A DNA stretch of 64,000 nt from Meyerozyma guilliermondii (Eukaryota). Where the stretch lies: positions 806,001 to 870,000 of the forward strand of contig CP128818.1 in assembly GCA_051546255.1 (NCBI GenBank), in the 5' to 3' direction. Positions within the stretch are counted from its first letter, which is position 1. Each line of letters starts with the position of its first letter. This document shows positions 21,783 through 33,338 of the stretch, piece by piece. The notes beneath the pieces are model-generated. The model was not told the DNA's origin and did not search any database. It was given only the letters and a program-made list of their open reading frames with translations. The translations under genes and the position numbers were made by a program.

Positions 21783-22353
21783 ATGATCCATTCGGTTTTG
21801 ATATGTATGTGAATCCTGATTTGCTATTCTCGCCCACACTAACACAGTCAACAACGAGGGACTTCCTCGGCTTATGAAGTTTTATACTTCTGTCGATATT
21901 CAAACCCAGCGGCTTCTTCTTCAACAAGTACATCAACTTATATCGGTTCGAACTTCTGAAGAATGCTCCTTTATCACACCTCCCAAGCTTTTAGAGGACG
22001 TTGAAGACATCAAGGTGATCTACCGTCATTATGCAACGTTATACTTTGTATTTATTGTTGACGACCAAGAATCAGAATTGGGAATCTTGGACTTGATCCA
22101 AGTGTTTGTAGAATGTTTGGATAAATGTTTTACAAATGTGTGTGAATTGGATCTTATATTTGGCTGGCAGGTGCTACAGACGGTGCTAGAGGAAATTGTA
22201 CAAGGGGGCATGGTTATAGACACCAATATCAACCGTATAGTGGCGGCGGTGGACGAGGCCAACAGCCAGAAACTGAGCCGCCAAACGTGGTTTCTGGGAA
22301 TCAATGCGGAGCTGTTTGGATGGAGCGGGACCAACGGGTGGGGAAGGACATAA
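21783..22353 (+). CDS. APS3: AP-3 adaptor sigma subunit (2 exons: 21783-21804, 21848-22353)
   Basis: Splicing GTATGT..CACTAAC..CAG restores the conserved N-terminus MIHSVLIFNNEGLPRLMKFY; IYRHYATLYF and ESELGILDLIQVFVE motifs. Confidence 0.93.
21805..21847 (+). other. 43-nt spliceosomal intron of APS3
   Basis: 5' GTATGT, branch CACTAAC at 21837-21843, 3' CAG; removal joins the conserved reading frame. Confidence 0.9.
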
Positions 22354-22451
22354 GAAGAGGTCAATCATTCATTCAAACTCAATTCAATGTGATTCAACGA
22401 ATGTCAATGTCTCGATTTCACGATGTCATTTCATGACATCATGAAAATGAC

Positions 22452-22883
22452 TCATTTCCAGCTCCACCACTTCTTTCTCTTCTCGTTCAAAAGCCGCTCG
22501 GTTTCCTCCATTTTCCGGTTCGCTTCTTCGGTCTCAATGCGTTGCTGTTCTGCGGCAGATTCACGAAGCAAAGCCTGCGGATCCACCAACTTTGGGTCGA
22601 CATAACGACCATCTTTTTCAAACGGAGACTTGATGCTGCCGGTTTTCCAGATCGGGTCGTTCAGCGCCGACGTTTTCTTGACGATTTCCATAAGCGCTTG
22701 CTGCTCTTTTTGTCTTAATTCTCGGCTCTTCTCGTACTCGGCTCGCACTTCTGGTGAGAAACTCGCAATTAACTGTTCATCAGTGGGGGTTGTATACTTG
22801 AAAAGCACCACTCCTGTGGCAATGATAGCACCACCATAGAACCCCACACGAGCCCACCGGTACCATAAGGGACGGGTCGACAT
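22452..22883 (-). CDS. CBP4: Cytochrome b assembly factor Cbp4
   Basis: [13 protein letters not shown], one TM segment, [26 protein letters not shown]; start at ATG 22883. Confidence 0.93.
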   Translation of the reverse strand: MSTRPLWYRWARVGFYGGAIIATGVVLFKYTTPTDEQLIASFSPEVRAEYEKSRELRQKEQQALMEIVKKTSALNDPIWKTGSIKSPFEKDGRYVDPKLVDPQALLRESAAEQQRIETEEANRKMEETERLLNEKRKKWWSWK

Positions 22884-22963
22884 AATTACTATTGGAGACC
22901 TGTGGTTGGGCGATACACCCAAAAGCTGGTGCACTGGAGGGACACACCCTCGACCGCAGCGGT

Positions 22964-22996
22964 TCACGTGAGAAAAATAACTATACGATTAAACGA
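22964..22996. promoter_or_regulatory. E-box plus two sterol response elements upstream of UPC2
   Basis: TCACGTGA at 22964-22971; TATACGA at 22982-22988 (TCGTATA on the minus strand); TAAACGA at 22990-22996 (TCGTTTA on the minus strand). Confidence 0.65.
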
Positions 22997-23085
22997 CAAC
23001 GTTTAACTATAATTCATCCACCTTCAACTGTGGAGACAATCGTTCAATACCACCACCATCCACAACAACAACAACTACAACCAGA

Positions 23086-24774
23086 ATGACATTTCTGCCG
23101 CCAAAGTCGCTGCATTCAAAAACGTCTACAGGCAAGCGAAAGTATCACCTGAAACTGAGAAATGGTTGTCTGACTTGCAAGAGAAGAAGGGTCAAATGTG
23201 ACGAAACTCGACCCCAATGTGTCAAGTGCACCAACATGAAGTTGGTTTGTGGATACACTTTGCCAGACGATCAAGAACCAGACCCCAAGCGTCAACACTC
23301 GTCGCAGCCACAACAGCAGGCCACCCCTGGCTCAACTCCAGCGGCCACGCCGAGCCCCAAGGGTGCTCCCGGACCAGCGTCTGTGTCTGAGGCATCGGTA
23401 GCGGCAGCAGCGGCCCTGGGATCGAGCGGTACGCCGGATCTCGCCAGTCTTCTCAATGCTGGAAATCTCAATAATATCAATCTCAGCCATCTTGTCAACA
23501 ATATCAGCGGAAAGGGAGCCGATCTCGGCAGTCTTGCTAGTCTTTCCAACTTGGCTACGTTGGCTAATCTTCCCATTGATCTCTCGAATCTTGGGCTGAT
23601 GCTCCAAACAAACCTGCCACCAAAACTGGACCACCATTCGCGGCCCGCACCAGGAATTTCTCCCAACGTGAACAACAGCCGGATGCCAGACCCATTGGGG
23701 ACCGACGCTGCCGTTCTCAACATGATGGACCTTCGGTTGATGTTCCACTACACTTCGCAGGTGTCGAGCACCATCACTGGCGCCGGCATTTCCGATACCA
23801 ATATCTGGAGCTACGATATTCCCATGTTGGCGTTCCAATATCCGTTTCTAATGCACTCTATTCTAGCATTTAGTGCTACACACTTGCTGCGCACCGAAAA
23901 GGGTCTCGACCAGTGCGTTACCTGCCATCGTGGTGAAGCATTACGGCTTCTTCGAGAAGCAGTGTTGGATATCAATTCCGATAATACCGACGCTTTGGTG
24001 GCTCTGGCGTTGATTCTAATCATGGACTCACTCGCCAATGCGTCGCTCCCACTGGCAACATCACCCAAATCTCTTCCTGCTTCGGCGTGGATCTTCCATG
24101 TTAAAGGCGCTGCCACCATCTTGACGGCGGTATGGCCGCTCACCGAAGCGCTGCGATTCTACAAATATATATTCGTCGACTTGGGAGATTTGGGAGATAT
24201 AATGAACCATAAAGTTAACCTCAAGTCACGCTCGGAGGACTACTACTCGGACCTCGAATGCCACGACTCGGATATCGCCGACTTGTTCCCCATTGCTATC
24301 GATTCACCATATCTCATCACCCTCGCTTACCTCAACAAACTCCACAAAGAACGATACAAATCTGACTTTATTCTTCGAATATTTGCGTTCCCGGCACTCC
24401 TCGACAAGACATTCTTGGCACTCTTAATGGCAGGCGATATCAAGGCCATGAGAATCATGAGACTGTACTACAAACTCTTACGATCGTTCACCATGGAAAT
24501 GAAAGACAAGGTGTGGTTTTTGGAAGGAGTGGCTGAGGTGCTCCCCGTGGACGTGGAGGAATACGCTGGGGGTGCTGGAGGCATGCACATGATGCTTGAT
24601 TTTTTGGGTGGAGGACCGGCCATTGTAGACAATGAACTTGACGAAGAAATTCGCAATTTCGATGGAAACTTGGCGACTCGTCTTGTTGACCCAGAAAACC
24701 TTCCAAGCGACGTAGCGAACGTCGACGACGACCAGAGCTTTATGAATATCGGGGAGCTTCCTACTAGTACATAA
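23086..24774 (+). CDS. UPC2: Zn(II)2Cys6 sterol regulatory transcription factor Upc2
   Basis: GC[S][19 protein letters not shown] zinc cluster; C-terminal sterol-binding domain ([44 protein letters not shown]). Confidence 0.96.
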   Translation: MTFLPPKSLHSKTSTGKRKYHLKLRNGCLTCKRRRVKCDETRPQCVKCTNMKLVCGYTLPDDQEPDPKRQHSSQPQQQATPGSTPAATPSPKGAPGPASVSEASVAAAAALGSSGTPDLASLLNAGNLNNINLSHLVNNISGKGADLGSLASLSNLATLANLPIDLSNLGLMLQTNLPPKLDHHSRPAPGISPNVNNSRMPDPLGTDAAVLNMMDLRLMFHYTSQVSSTITGAGISDTNIWSYDIPMLAFQYPFLMHSILAFSATHLLRTEKGLDQCVTCHRGEALRLLREAVLDINSDNTDALVALALILIMDSLANASLPLATSPKSLPASAWIFHVKGAATILTAVWPLTEALRFYKYIFVDLGDLGDIMNHKVNLKSRSEDYYSDLECHDSDIADLFPIAIDSPYLITLAYLNKLHKERYKSDFILRIFAFPALLDKTFLALLMAGDIKAMRIMRLYYKLLRSFTMEMKDKVWFLEGVAEVLPVDVEEYAGGAGGMHMMLDFLGGGPAIVDNELDEEIRNFDGNLATRLVDPENLPSDVANVDDDQSFMNIGELPTST

Positions 24775-25110
24775 TATATGCCTACGAATATATGAATTTT
24801 ATTTGGTGGTAGTGTAGTGCGAGCCAGACACCACATGCAGAGGCGCCTGCGTGCGCGGGCTAATATTTGTCTCGAAAAACTCAAACATTTTGCACCATTT
24901 TGGTTGAAACAACAAAGGGATTCATTTTGGAAATTCAATTTGCATTTCAGTTTCTTTGGATCTTTCTCAACTAAACCTCTACCTAGGTCCAATACATTCC
25001 CCTAAGCTTGTCCAATATCCATAAAACCTGGTTTATTTTTCTTCTTCAAATCTACAATTTAGGGGCGTTTGGTTTCCTGATTCAGTTCGCTATACCCAAT
25101 CCATAACAAA

Positions 25111-25686
25111 ATGCAAACGATAAAGTGCGTGGTGGTCGGTGATGGTGCCGTGGGTAAAACCTGTTTGTTGATCTCGTACACAACTTCCAAATTCCCTGCC
25201 GATTACGTGCCTACGGTTTTCGATAATTACGCGGTGACGGTAATGATTGGTGACGAGCCATTTACCTTGGGGTTGTTTGATACCGCGGGACAGGAGGATT
25301 ATGACCGGTTGAGGCCGTTGTCGTACCCTTCTACTGATGTGTTCTTGGTTTGCTTCTCTGTGATCGCACCCGCCTCATTTGAAAACGTCAAGGAAAAATG
25401 GTTTCCCGAGGTGCATCACCACTGTCCCGGAGTGCCATGTCTCATAGTGGGCACACAGACCGATTTGCGTAACGATGAAGTGATTTTGCAAAGACTACAA
25501 AGACAAAAGTTGTCACCCATCACTCATGAAATGGGAGACAAACTTGCCAAGGAATTGAGAGCGGTCAAATATTTGGAATGTTCAGCATTGACCCAGCGCG
25601 GGTTGAAGAGTGTGTTTGACGAGGCGATCGTGGCGGCATTGGAGCCGCCTGTGATCAAAAAGTCCAAGAAATGTACCATCTTATAA
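25111..25686 (+). CDS. CDC42: Rho GTPase Cdc42
   Basis: [35 protein letters not shown]; near-invariant sequence. Confidence 0.99.
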   Translation: MQTIKCVVVGDGAVGKTCLLISYTTSKFPADYVPTVFDNYAVTVMIGDEPFTLGLFDTAGQEDYDRLRPLSYPSTDVFLVCFSVIAPASFENVKEKWFPEVHHHCPGVPCLIVGTQTDLRNDEVILQRLQRQKLSPITHEMGDKLAKELRAVKYLECSALTQRGLKSVFDEAIVAALEPPVIKKSKKCTIL

Positions 25687-26009
25687 TCCATAGAGCTCTT
25701 GACGAGCTAATCCATGAGTGTATCGCCATATCACCATCACTAAACAAACCATCTCACCCTCTCAACCACTCACCATCTCAATCACCATCTCCATCTCAAT
25801 CACTTCAGCCTCTCTTCTCTTCGCTGATTGCCGTGCATATAGCTGCAGCAACCTCGCGACGCCCGTTGCGGCTGAAGCGGTTGACATCTGAGACACAATT
25901 TTACCTTCTTTAAGTTTGGCACCGTTGACTATTAGCGTTTCGAGTCGATTCCACACCACTGCCCGTCCCCATATTATACTCCTGGACATCTTCGCACATT
26001 GTGAGAGCC

Positions 26010-29000
26010 ATGAATTTGTCCCAAAGTTGCGCCTCTGATCTGCGACAGGGTCTCACTGAAGAATCAGATGGGTACGCTTCCACGCTTCATGATTTGGTGG
26101 GAAGCCCAGACCGCAATAAGTTCTCGGCTGAGGCTTCCACGGACCGCTCGGATGTCAACTCATCCACTGGAAGTTTTCGTAGAAATGCCAGAAGTGTGGA
26201 TTTTGATGCAGACGCCCCGAGCCAATCCACCGATATTGCCACCGGAGCAAGCAGCAATATGAGACTGTTTGTGACAGGAACCCAGTCTAACTCGTCCACT
26301 AGCTCGGCCCAAGAGGTTCAAGCTTTCAAGTCGTACATCAACAACGTAGATTACGTGAAAAATCAGAACAATTACTTGAACGAAAACCTCAATAATGCCC
26401 AACAACGAGTCCCCGAATCCACCAGCGACGACCATCAGCTCTTGGAGTCCGACTCCGTCGACGGATACACCCTTATATCGCAATTTGAAGCCGACGTGGA
26501 ACGAACCACGCTTCTTTATCGTGCTGTTGAAATAGACACTAATGCCCCGGTTCTCATCCGAATTTCTCCCCTAATAGAAGACAGCAACTCCATGGTCCGA
26601 ACTCTTAACGAGTGGTACATTCTCTCTGGCCGAAACCCACCGGCTCAGCACCGTCTTTGGAACAATGACATGGTGGAAAATGACTTTCTCAAGCCTCATA
26701 GCCGCCCACCTTTGGGCGACAAGAATGCTGAACGTTATTTGGCTCAACCCGCAACCTTACCATTGAATTTGACTGGAATCTTGTATCCAATTGGCGTGAT
26801 CAATATGGCGACTTCAGGAAAACAGGGCGGCGGACCGAGACGAATGGCTCTAATTTATCGAGACAAGAATTATCTGTCGCTATTTGAGTATCACAGTAAC
26901 AGCAGCAGCGGAAGCGATACTCTGTTCGATCCCACCTTGGGAGTGCTTGCGAATTCCTACAGCGGTCGTTCATCCATATCCGTAGGAGCCAGCACCACCA
27001 CCAATGTGCGACTGTTGGGCTCAGGAAGATTTGAAGAAATTTCCAATAAAGTGAGACAGAGTCCACAGCTGCCTCTCAAAGTGGTGGAGGTTCTTGGGGA
27101 CATTATAAATGTGGTCAAGACTCTCAAAACAGTCCATGAGCTTGGAATAGTACATAATGGACTCACGTCGAAAAATATCTTCAAATGTGACAACGGAAGA
27201 GTCGAAATCTCAAGCTGGGACTTTTCTTTTAGTGTTCAACCAGAAGACTGCACTAATGGACACAGAAAGCGGAACCTGACCAACTTGATGGCAATCTTGC
27301 CATATCTTTCCCCAGAAGCTACGGGAGACATGAACAAGCGAGTCAGCTACAAATCTGACTTTTATGCTCTTGGAGTTATATTATACGAACTTATCGTTGG
27401 GGTTCTTCCTTTTCAGGCGCAAGATGCCGCTACATTGATCAGAATGCATCTTTTCCAAAAACCATTGACGCCGGAATTATTGGCACCTTCGTGGATAAAT
27501 TCCCATCTAAGTAAGCTCATTATGAATTTATTGGAAAAGGAAGACTCCAAGCGACCAACTGACTCTGGAATATTGCTCGAAGAACTTATCCAAGTTAGAA
27601 ACGATTACGTCGATGAGATCAAAGATAAAGGCGGCGAGACATTCATCAACTATGTCAAACAAAATGAGCACATCAGCCGGTTTTTGATCAAAGAGGAACC
27701 AAAAGAACCTATGCCCATGCCTCCTGTCTTTTTGCTTTGTGAAGCAGTGTACGGAAGAAACGAAGAATACCGAAAAATATTCACCACCACTGATCGTCTT
27801 ACCGAAGGAGAAAATGTGGTTTTGATTTCTGGTCGTTCAGGCTACGGCAAATCTGTTCTTCTTGGTGACTTGCGTACGGCTTCAATTGCCAAGACCAACT
27901 TTCACTGCAGCTGGAAATTCAGCAAATCCGATGCAAACATTTCAGTGTACACTGTCTTTATTTCAGCAATTTCTTCGATCGTGAAACAAATACTCAAGTC
28001 GTCAAAACAAGATATCGATAAATGGAGAGACTTGATTGTTACAGAGATTCCACTAGATCTTGGGGTTCTTTTTTATCTTGTTCCGGGTCTTAAGCACTTA
28101 TTAGGGCCCAAGTATGCGACTCTTCATCGCAGAAAGGATTCATTAAACCCCAAAGATGTGACTTCCGATGAGCCCTTGGATGACTCAGACGACTCGTCTC
28201 TGAAGTTGAAACCAATTCGTGATGCTGATTACCACAATTTCAGCCTCGAGCTCAAGTATCGTTATATCGTGAAAGCGTTTTTGTCGCTAATTAGTATGGA
28301 GGGCCTCACGATGTTTTTGGACGATATTCAATGGTGTTCACCAGGAGAGATAAGCTTGCTTGCAGAAACGGTCAAATTCGTCCAAACTCAAAATATAACT
28401 AGCGGTTCTCCAGGGTACTTGAAAATCATCGCAACCATGGATTCAGATACTGAGAAGACATATGATACTGATTTTGAAGCATCTGAGGACACACTCGTGG
28501 ATTTGTTCAAGATTTCAGGTGCCAAGGTGTTCGAATTTCAATTGAGAGAGATCTCTAGAGACTCATTTTCCTATTTTCTTCAATCGTCGTTGGTGATGGA
28601 TTCGCCATACAACTCTGGCGATGAGGTGGCATCGTTTGCCAAAGACGAAACCACGAGTTTGTCTTCAATGTATGGCGAACAGGTCTCCAGCATCTCGAAG
28701 GACATACTCAAAGACGAGAAAGTGGATTCTTTATCTCTGTTTTTGTATCACCACCTCAAGGGAAATGTGCTTTTAACGAAATACGTCCTCAAAACAGCAT
28801 TCATGGAGGGCAAGATAAAATATCGAACTAATCTTTACAGCAGGAGATGGGACTTTGATTATTCGAAGTTTAACATTCCTATCAATCAAGACGATATTAT
28901 AGCCAATTACCTCTCGACAGCATTGACTCCTGAAGCCATGTCACTTATGAAATTTGCAGCCATCACCACAGAGGGTCACTTCTTTCGTCTATCAGAACTT

Positions 29001-32000
29001 ATGATCGTTGCGAATCTTGGAATCAAAGAAGTCTACGAAACCGTCAACTTGTGTGTAGAGACTGGAATAGTATCACCTGGGGGACCATTTTACAAACTTC
29101 CTTTTCACTTGATGGCCGATAGCGATTTTCCCGTGGAATTAACCGACTCAGAAATATGGAATTTGGCAAGTGAAGCAGTGTATAAGTTTGACCATGATTC
29201 TATCTTATCGGCAATAATAAGCAGTCTTGTTCTGACGAATGAACTTCAAGAATATCATCGACTTTGCGGTTTACGCTACTACAAAAAAATTCGGAAAGAA
29301 ACAAACTACAGCATCTCTTCCTATTTGACCATGGCAAGCCATTTTGCAAAATCATGGAAAATTGTGCGCCGTGATGATTGCCTGACATATTTCAAGGTGT
29401 TGGTGAAAGCTGGCAGACTTGCGATGTCAACCTACAACTTGAGTTCGTCTCTTATTTATTTCCAAGTTGCCGACCACTTTATTCGTGAACTGAATGTGAA
29501 GCACAAATTGCGTAACAACATGACAATGTGTCAGATCCAATACTATTTGAATAACTATAATGATTGCTTAAGAATTATTGATGAGTCCGAAGCAAAGTAT
29601 GGCCTTGACAAGACTCGGTTTGTGATTTTTAAAGTTCGAAGTTTGATCAAACTTGGCCGACGCAAAGAAGGTGTCAATGTTGCGGTCGAGAGTCTCAATT
29701 ATTTGGGTATTGATATAGAGCCAGACGCTACATTATCAGAAGACGAGAGGAATGACAGGTTCAATGGCCAGATACCTCTGTCAGCGCTGGAAATCAGAGC
29801 CATGAAGAATCTCGAGCTTGCCCAAGATAAAAAGGTGCTTTTGATTTATGAGCTCATTTCGGAGATTTTACCATTTACATTCTCGACTAACAACTACAAG
29901 CTTCGTGACTGTTTGGTGCTATATTCGGTTGATATGATGCTCAAATTTGGTATCAGTCCTTTCTGTGCAATTCCGCTTTTGTATTTGGCCAACAAGTTTG
30001 CAAGAGAGTATACTGAATCCGGGTTCATCAAGGCTCTTGAATACAGCAAGCTTGCTCTTTATTGGGCCGACAAAAACGAAAAGAATTCCATTGTGTATGT
30101 TCAAACCGTTTACGAGTTGTTCGTCAATTCGTTGGCAGTTTACTTTGAACCGTTGGCCGACGTGCTCAAGTATTACGAAACGTTCAGTTCTTCACTTCTG
30201 GTTTATTCTCGGCTGAAAAACATCAAGTTGGCCAGTAGCACAAATGCTGCGAAAATCCACCTTTTGTTGCTCAGTGGAGTACCTTTCAATGCTGTTTTTC
30301 CCAGTTGGACCAATAATAGATTTGCTATTGAAGACAAGTCAGATTGGAACCAGCTTCTTTTCAATGGTTTGAAGATGATGCAAGGAGGTTTCCTGCTTGA
30401 AGATTTCGAAAAACAAACTGCTCAATTTGAGCCTAATCCTGATATTTTATTCGTCAGCAAGACATGCAAGCTTTATTATTTAACAGTGAAAAACAGGGTT
30501 GAGGAGCTGGTTCGTATCGTTGTCGAAATGATGGAGGATTACATGCCTCAAATACCGTTAACTTTGCTTCACGTTGAATTCTATTTTATAGCCGGTATTG
30601 CGCTTTGTCAGGATGCGCAAGGAATCGACAGTAGTATCCAAAGAGATATGCTAAACGAGATTGTCGGAAGAGTGCAACTTTTTGCTCAGTTTTCACCTTC
30701 AACTTTTGAGGGAAAATATCTCATACTCAAGGCAATGCAAGAAGCCAATCTGTCCAATTATTCGTCGCTCGAGATTCTTGACTCTTTTGAGGATGCTATT
30801 GAAGTGTCTAAACGAAGCAATAATTGGTATGATGTCGCCTGGGGTACCTATCTCTGCGCTTTATGGCTTATGAAAACTAGTACAAGTGCCAAGCGAACTT
30901 CTACTTTTGCAGGAGCAGCACTTGTCGCATTCAAGAGCTTGGATGTTGATTTGCTAGTAGAAGCGGTGGAACTACGTTTGGGGCTGTACATCAAGAAGTA
31001 TAATTGGGCTGGAGTTGAGTCAATTGAGGAACCACAGGGCCACTCGTCCAAGCCGTTGAGTCGGGTTTTGAACAGAATGTTCACTTCTCAACTACCGAGA
31101 TCGAAAAGCATCTCCAAAGCAAACCATGATCCCCAGGAAAAGGCGGTTTCCAGAATCTCCAATGATTCGGTAGAGTTAAGAGAGACCGTCAAAGCCTGCC
31201 TTATGATTTCCGAATCCACCTCACAAGACGACATCGTTACAAAGTTATTGGAAACTACGGTCTTTTATTCCAAAGTCGATTTTGGGGCCGTGGTGCTCAA
31301 TAGTCAAGGTGACGCCTGCATTAAGGCAATCGGGTCGTCGAACAGTATCATTTCGTTGGATAACGAGCCCCTCAGCTCACGAACTGACTTGTGTCCATTT
31401 TCCTTGCTTGTGTATGTGTTGTACAACGGTAAGGTCGTTAATAAGGACGAGGACAGGATATTCTTTAACAACAATTTTGGCCAAGACGAATACTACAAAT
31501 CCAACAGAAGTGATTCAGTCATCTGCATTCCGCTCAAGAACGACGAGGGTGTGTTTGGTGCTGTGTACTTGGAAAAAACAGAAGTTGGTAATTCCTCAAC
31601 TTATTTCAGTAGCGAGTCCAAGGATCTTCTCACGCTACTTTGTTCACAAGCAGCAGTGTCGCTAGCTAAGGCAAGTCTCTATGATCGAATGGCCCTTGCC
31701 AAACGGGCTGCTGAGAATGCTACCGCAGAAAAGGCTAGCTTTCTTGCCAACATGTCGCATGAGATTCGTACTCCGTTTAACTCGCTTCTTTCATGTTCGT
31801 TGTTCTTGCTCGACACCGAGCTTAACAATACTCAGAAGGAGTATGTTGAAACCATCAAGACTTCAGCCATGCTAACGTTGAACATCATCGACGGGATTCT
31901 TGCGTTTTCCAAACTAGAGCATGGTTCCTTCACGCTTGAAAATGCTCCATTTTCTTTGAACGATTGTATTGAAAGCGCCATTCAGATCATCGGCGAGCTG

Positions 32001-33296
32001 GCTTCTGTCAACGATTTGGACCTTGCCTTCTTCAACAAGTGTCCACTGATCGATACAGTCATTGGTGATGTGACCCGGTTTCGACAAATTGTCATTAATC
32101 TTTTGGGAAACGCAGTAAAGTTCACTTCCAAGGGCCATATCATCGTGACTTTGGTATCCAACCAGATCAATGAAAGCAGATATGAGTTTGAAATTTGTGT
32201 GGAAGACACAGGAGTTGGAATCCCCAAAAAAAGCCAGAACAAGGTCTTTGGAGCATTCTCGCAAGTGGATGCTTCTTCACGCAGAAGTTTTGGTGGTTCA
32301 GGATTGGGACTTGCTATTTCAAAGAAATTAGCTGATTTGATGGGAGGAACATTAACTTTTAGCAGTGTCGAGGGTATGGGAACCAAATTTTTCCTTAATG
32401 TCAAAGCCCAAGTGCACGAGTTCAAAGAGCCTGAAATACTAGTCTCCGATGAAATAGCAGCGAAAAGAGGCATCAACAATAAAGCGTTGATTCTTGATAA
32501 TCACCGTTTGGGCCTGCTTGCGTTGCAAGAGACACTTGAGTTTCTTGGCTTACTGGTGGATCTAGCCATGGACTTTGAAAATATTAGACGTCCGTTCAAT
32601 ACCTACCTGATTGTTTTCGTGGATCAAATCTTCTTCGATACGTTAAAGACCAAAGAAAATCTTCGAAAGTTGAAATGCAATATCGTTTTGATTGGACATT
32701 TTGGTAAAGCTTTACCACTAGAAGTGGACAGAGGCACTATAGCAGTCATGATGTGGCCGTTCCAGCGGGCCAAAGTGGTCAAGATAGTCAAAGCGATTAC
32801 TGAGCCAGAACCTCGAGGTCAAGTAGTAAAGGCACTTTCAGATCTTTCAATGAGCGACGAAAAGTTGTTGGCAGATGAGTACCCGCTTCGAATTTTGTTG
32901 GCTGAAGATAATATCATCAATATCAAGGTAGCTCTTCAACATTTGAAAAAGTTGGGTTATCATGCTGATTCTGCCAAAGATGGAGAGGAAGCTTTGGCAA
33001 AATGTATAAGTGCATTTGAAGATAAAGGGCCCTACCAAGTGGTATTGATGGACATCCAGATGCCCAAAAAGGATGGACTTGCTGCGACATTAGAGCTTCG
33101 TGAGGAATTTCGAGCTCGAGGACAAGATACTCATCTTCCGTATATCGTAGCATTGACCGCTAATGTTGCTGGAGAAGACAAGCAACGGTCGCTTGAAGTT
33201 GGAATGGTGGATTTCATTTCGAAACCAATATTGCCCGAGCAGTTGGAGAGGGTTCTCCGTGGGTTAGGTGAAAAGATATACCAGCAAAAGGGGTAG
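26010..33296 (+). CDS. CHK1: Group X hybrid histidine kinase Chk1 (S/T-kinase-like, AAA, GAF, HisKA, HATPase, receiver domains)
   Basis: Kinase-like YLSPEATG and SDFYALG, P-loop GRSGYGKS, GAF domain, H-box FLANMSHEIRTP, G boxes DTGVGI and GGSGLGLAI, receiver LLAEDN..LMDIQMP..ISKP. First ATG at 26010. Confidence 0.95.
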   Translation: MNLSQSCASDLRQGLTEESDGYASTLHDLVGSPDRNKFSAEASTDRSDVNSSTGSFRRNARSVDFDADAPSQSTDIATGASSNMRLFVTGTQSNSSTSSAQEVQAFKSYINNVDYVKNQNNYLNENLNNAQQRVPESTSDDHQLLESDSVDGYTLISQFEADVERTTLLYRAVEIDTNAPVLIRISPLIEDSNSMVRTLNEWYILSGRNPPAQHRLWNNDMVENDFLKPHSRPPLGDKNAERYLAQPATLPLNLTGILYPIGVINMATSGKQGGGPRRMALIYRDKNYLSLFEYHSNSSSGSDTLFDPTLGVLANSYSGRSSISVGASTTTNVRLLGSGRFEEISNKVRQSPQLPLKVVEVLGDIINVVKTLKTVHELGIVHNGLTSKNIFKCDNGRVEISSWDFSFSVQPEDCTNGHRKRNLTNLMAILPYLSPEATGDMNKRVSYKSDFYALGVILYELIVGVLPFQAQDAATLIRMHLFQKPLTPELLAPSWINSHLSKLIMNLLEKEDSKRPTDSGILLEELIQVRNDYVDEIKDKGGETFINYVKQNEHISRFLIKEEPKEPMPMPPVFLLCEAVYGRNEEYRKIFTTTDRLTEGENVVLISGRSGYGKSVLLGDLRTASIAKTNFHCSWKFSKSDANISVYTVFISAISSIVKQILKSSKQDIDKWRDLIVTEIPLDLGVLFYLVPGLKHLLGPKYATLHRRKDSLNPKDVTSDEPLDDSDDSSLKLKPIRDADYHNFSLELKYRYIVKAFLSLISMEGLTMFLDDIQWCSPGEISLLAETVKFVQTQNITSGSPGYLKIIATMDSDTEKTYDTDFEASEDTLVDLFKISGAKVFEFQLREISRDSFSYFLQSSLVMDSPYNSGDEVASFAKDETTSLSSMYGEQVSSISKDILKDEKVDSLSLFLYHHLKGNVLLTKYVLKTAFMEGKIKYRTNLYSRRWDFDYSKFNIPINQDDIIANYLSTALTPEAMSLMKFAAITTEGHFFRLSELMIVANLGIKEVYETVNLCVETGIVSPGGPFYKLPFHLMADSDFPVELTDSEIWNLASEAVYKFDHDSILSAIISSLVLTNELQEYHRLCGLRYYKKIRKETNYSISSYLTMASHFAKSWKIVRRDDCLTYFKVLVKAGRLAMSTYNLSSSLIYFQVADHFIRELNVKHKLRNNMTMCQIQYYLNNYNDCLRIIDESEAKYGLDKTRFVIFKVRSLIKLGRRKEGVNVAVESLNYLGIDIEPDATLSEDERNDRFNGQIPLSALEIRAMKNLELAQDKKVLLIYELISEILPFTFSTNNYKLRDCLVLYSVDMMLKFGISPFCAIPLLYLANKFAREYTESGFIKALEYSKLALYWADKNEKNSIVYVQTVYELFVNSLAVYFEPLADVLKYYETFSSSLLVYSRLKNIKLASSTNAAKIHLLLLSGVPFNAVFPSWTNNRFAIEDKSDWNQLLFNGLKMMQGGFLLEDFEKQTAQFEPNPDILFVSKTCKLYYLTVKNRVEELVRIVVEMMEDYMPQIPLTLLHVEFYFIAGIALCQDAQGIDSSIQRDMLNEIVGRVQLFAQFSPSTFEGKYLILKAMQEANLSNYSSLEILDSFEDAIEVSKRSNNWYDVAWGTYLCALWLMKTSTSAKRTSTFAGAALVAFKSLDVDLLVEAVELRLGLYIKKYNWAGVESIEEPQGHSSKPLSRVLNRMFTSQLPRSKSISKANHDPQEKAVSRISNDSVELRETVKACLMISESTSQDDIVTKLLETTVFYSKVDFGAVVLNSQGDACIKAIGSSNSIISLDNEPLSSRTDLCPFSLLVYVLYNGKVVNKDEDRIFFNNNFGQDEYYKSNRSDSVICIPLKNDEGVFGAVYLEKTEVGNSSTYFSSESKDLLTLLCSQAAVSLAKASLYDRMALAKRAAENATAEKASFLANMSHEIRTPFNSLLSCSLFLLDTELNNTQKEYVETIKTSAMLTLNIIDGILAFSKLEHGSFTLENAPFSLNDCIESAIQIIGELASVNDLDLAFFNKCPLIDTVIGDVTRFRQIVINLLGNAVKFTSKGHIIVTLVSNQINESRYEFEICVEDTGVGIPKKSQNKVFGAFSQVDASSRRSFGGSGLGLAISKKLADLMGGTLTFSSVEGMGTKFFLNVKAQVHEFKEPEILVSDEIAAKRGINNKALILDNHRLGLLALQETLEFLGLLVDLAMDFENIRRPFNTYLIVFVDQIFFDTLKTKENLRKLKCNIVLIGHFGKALPLEVDRGTIAVMMWPFQRAKVVKIVKAITEPEPRGQVVKALSDLSMSDEKLLADEYPLRILLAEDNIINIKVALQHLKKLGYHADSAKDGEEALAKCISAFEDKGPYQVVLMDIQMPKKDGLAATLELREEFRARGQDTHLPYIVALTANVAGEDKQRSLEVGMVDFISKPILPEQLERVLRGLGEKIYQQKG

Positions 33297-33338
33297 CTGT
33301 ACATTATACATATTAAGACACTTATAGAACGAAACTTT

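Noticed and set aside
22892..23089. [16 protein letters not shown] frame whose stop overlaps the UPC2 ATG (possible frameshifted N-terminus)
   Set aside because: No ATG in that frame, it overlaps the SRE-containing promoter, and CAA-rich leaders are common.
25725..25805. CCATCTC/ATCAC low-complexity repeats after CDC42, and the purine-rich run at 16840-16940
   Set aside because: Ordinary slippage-derived UTR low complexity with no discernible structure.
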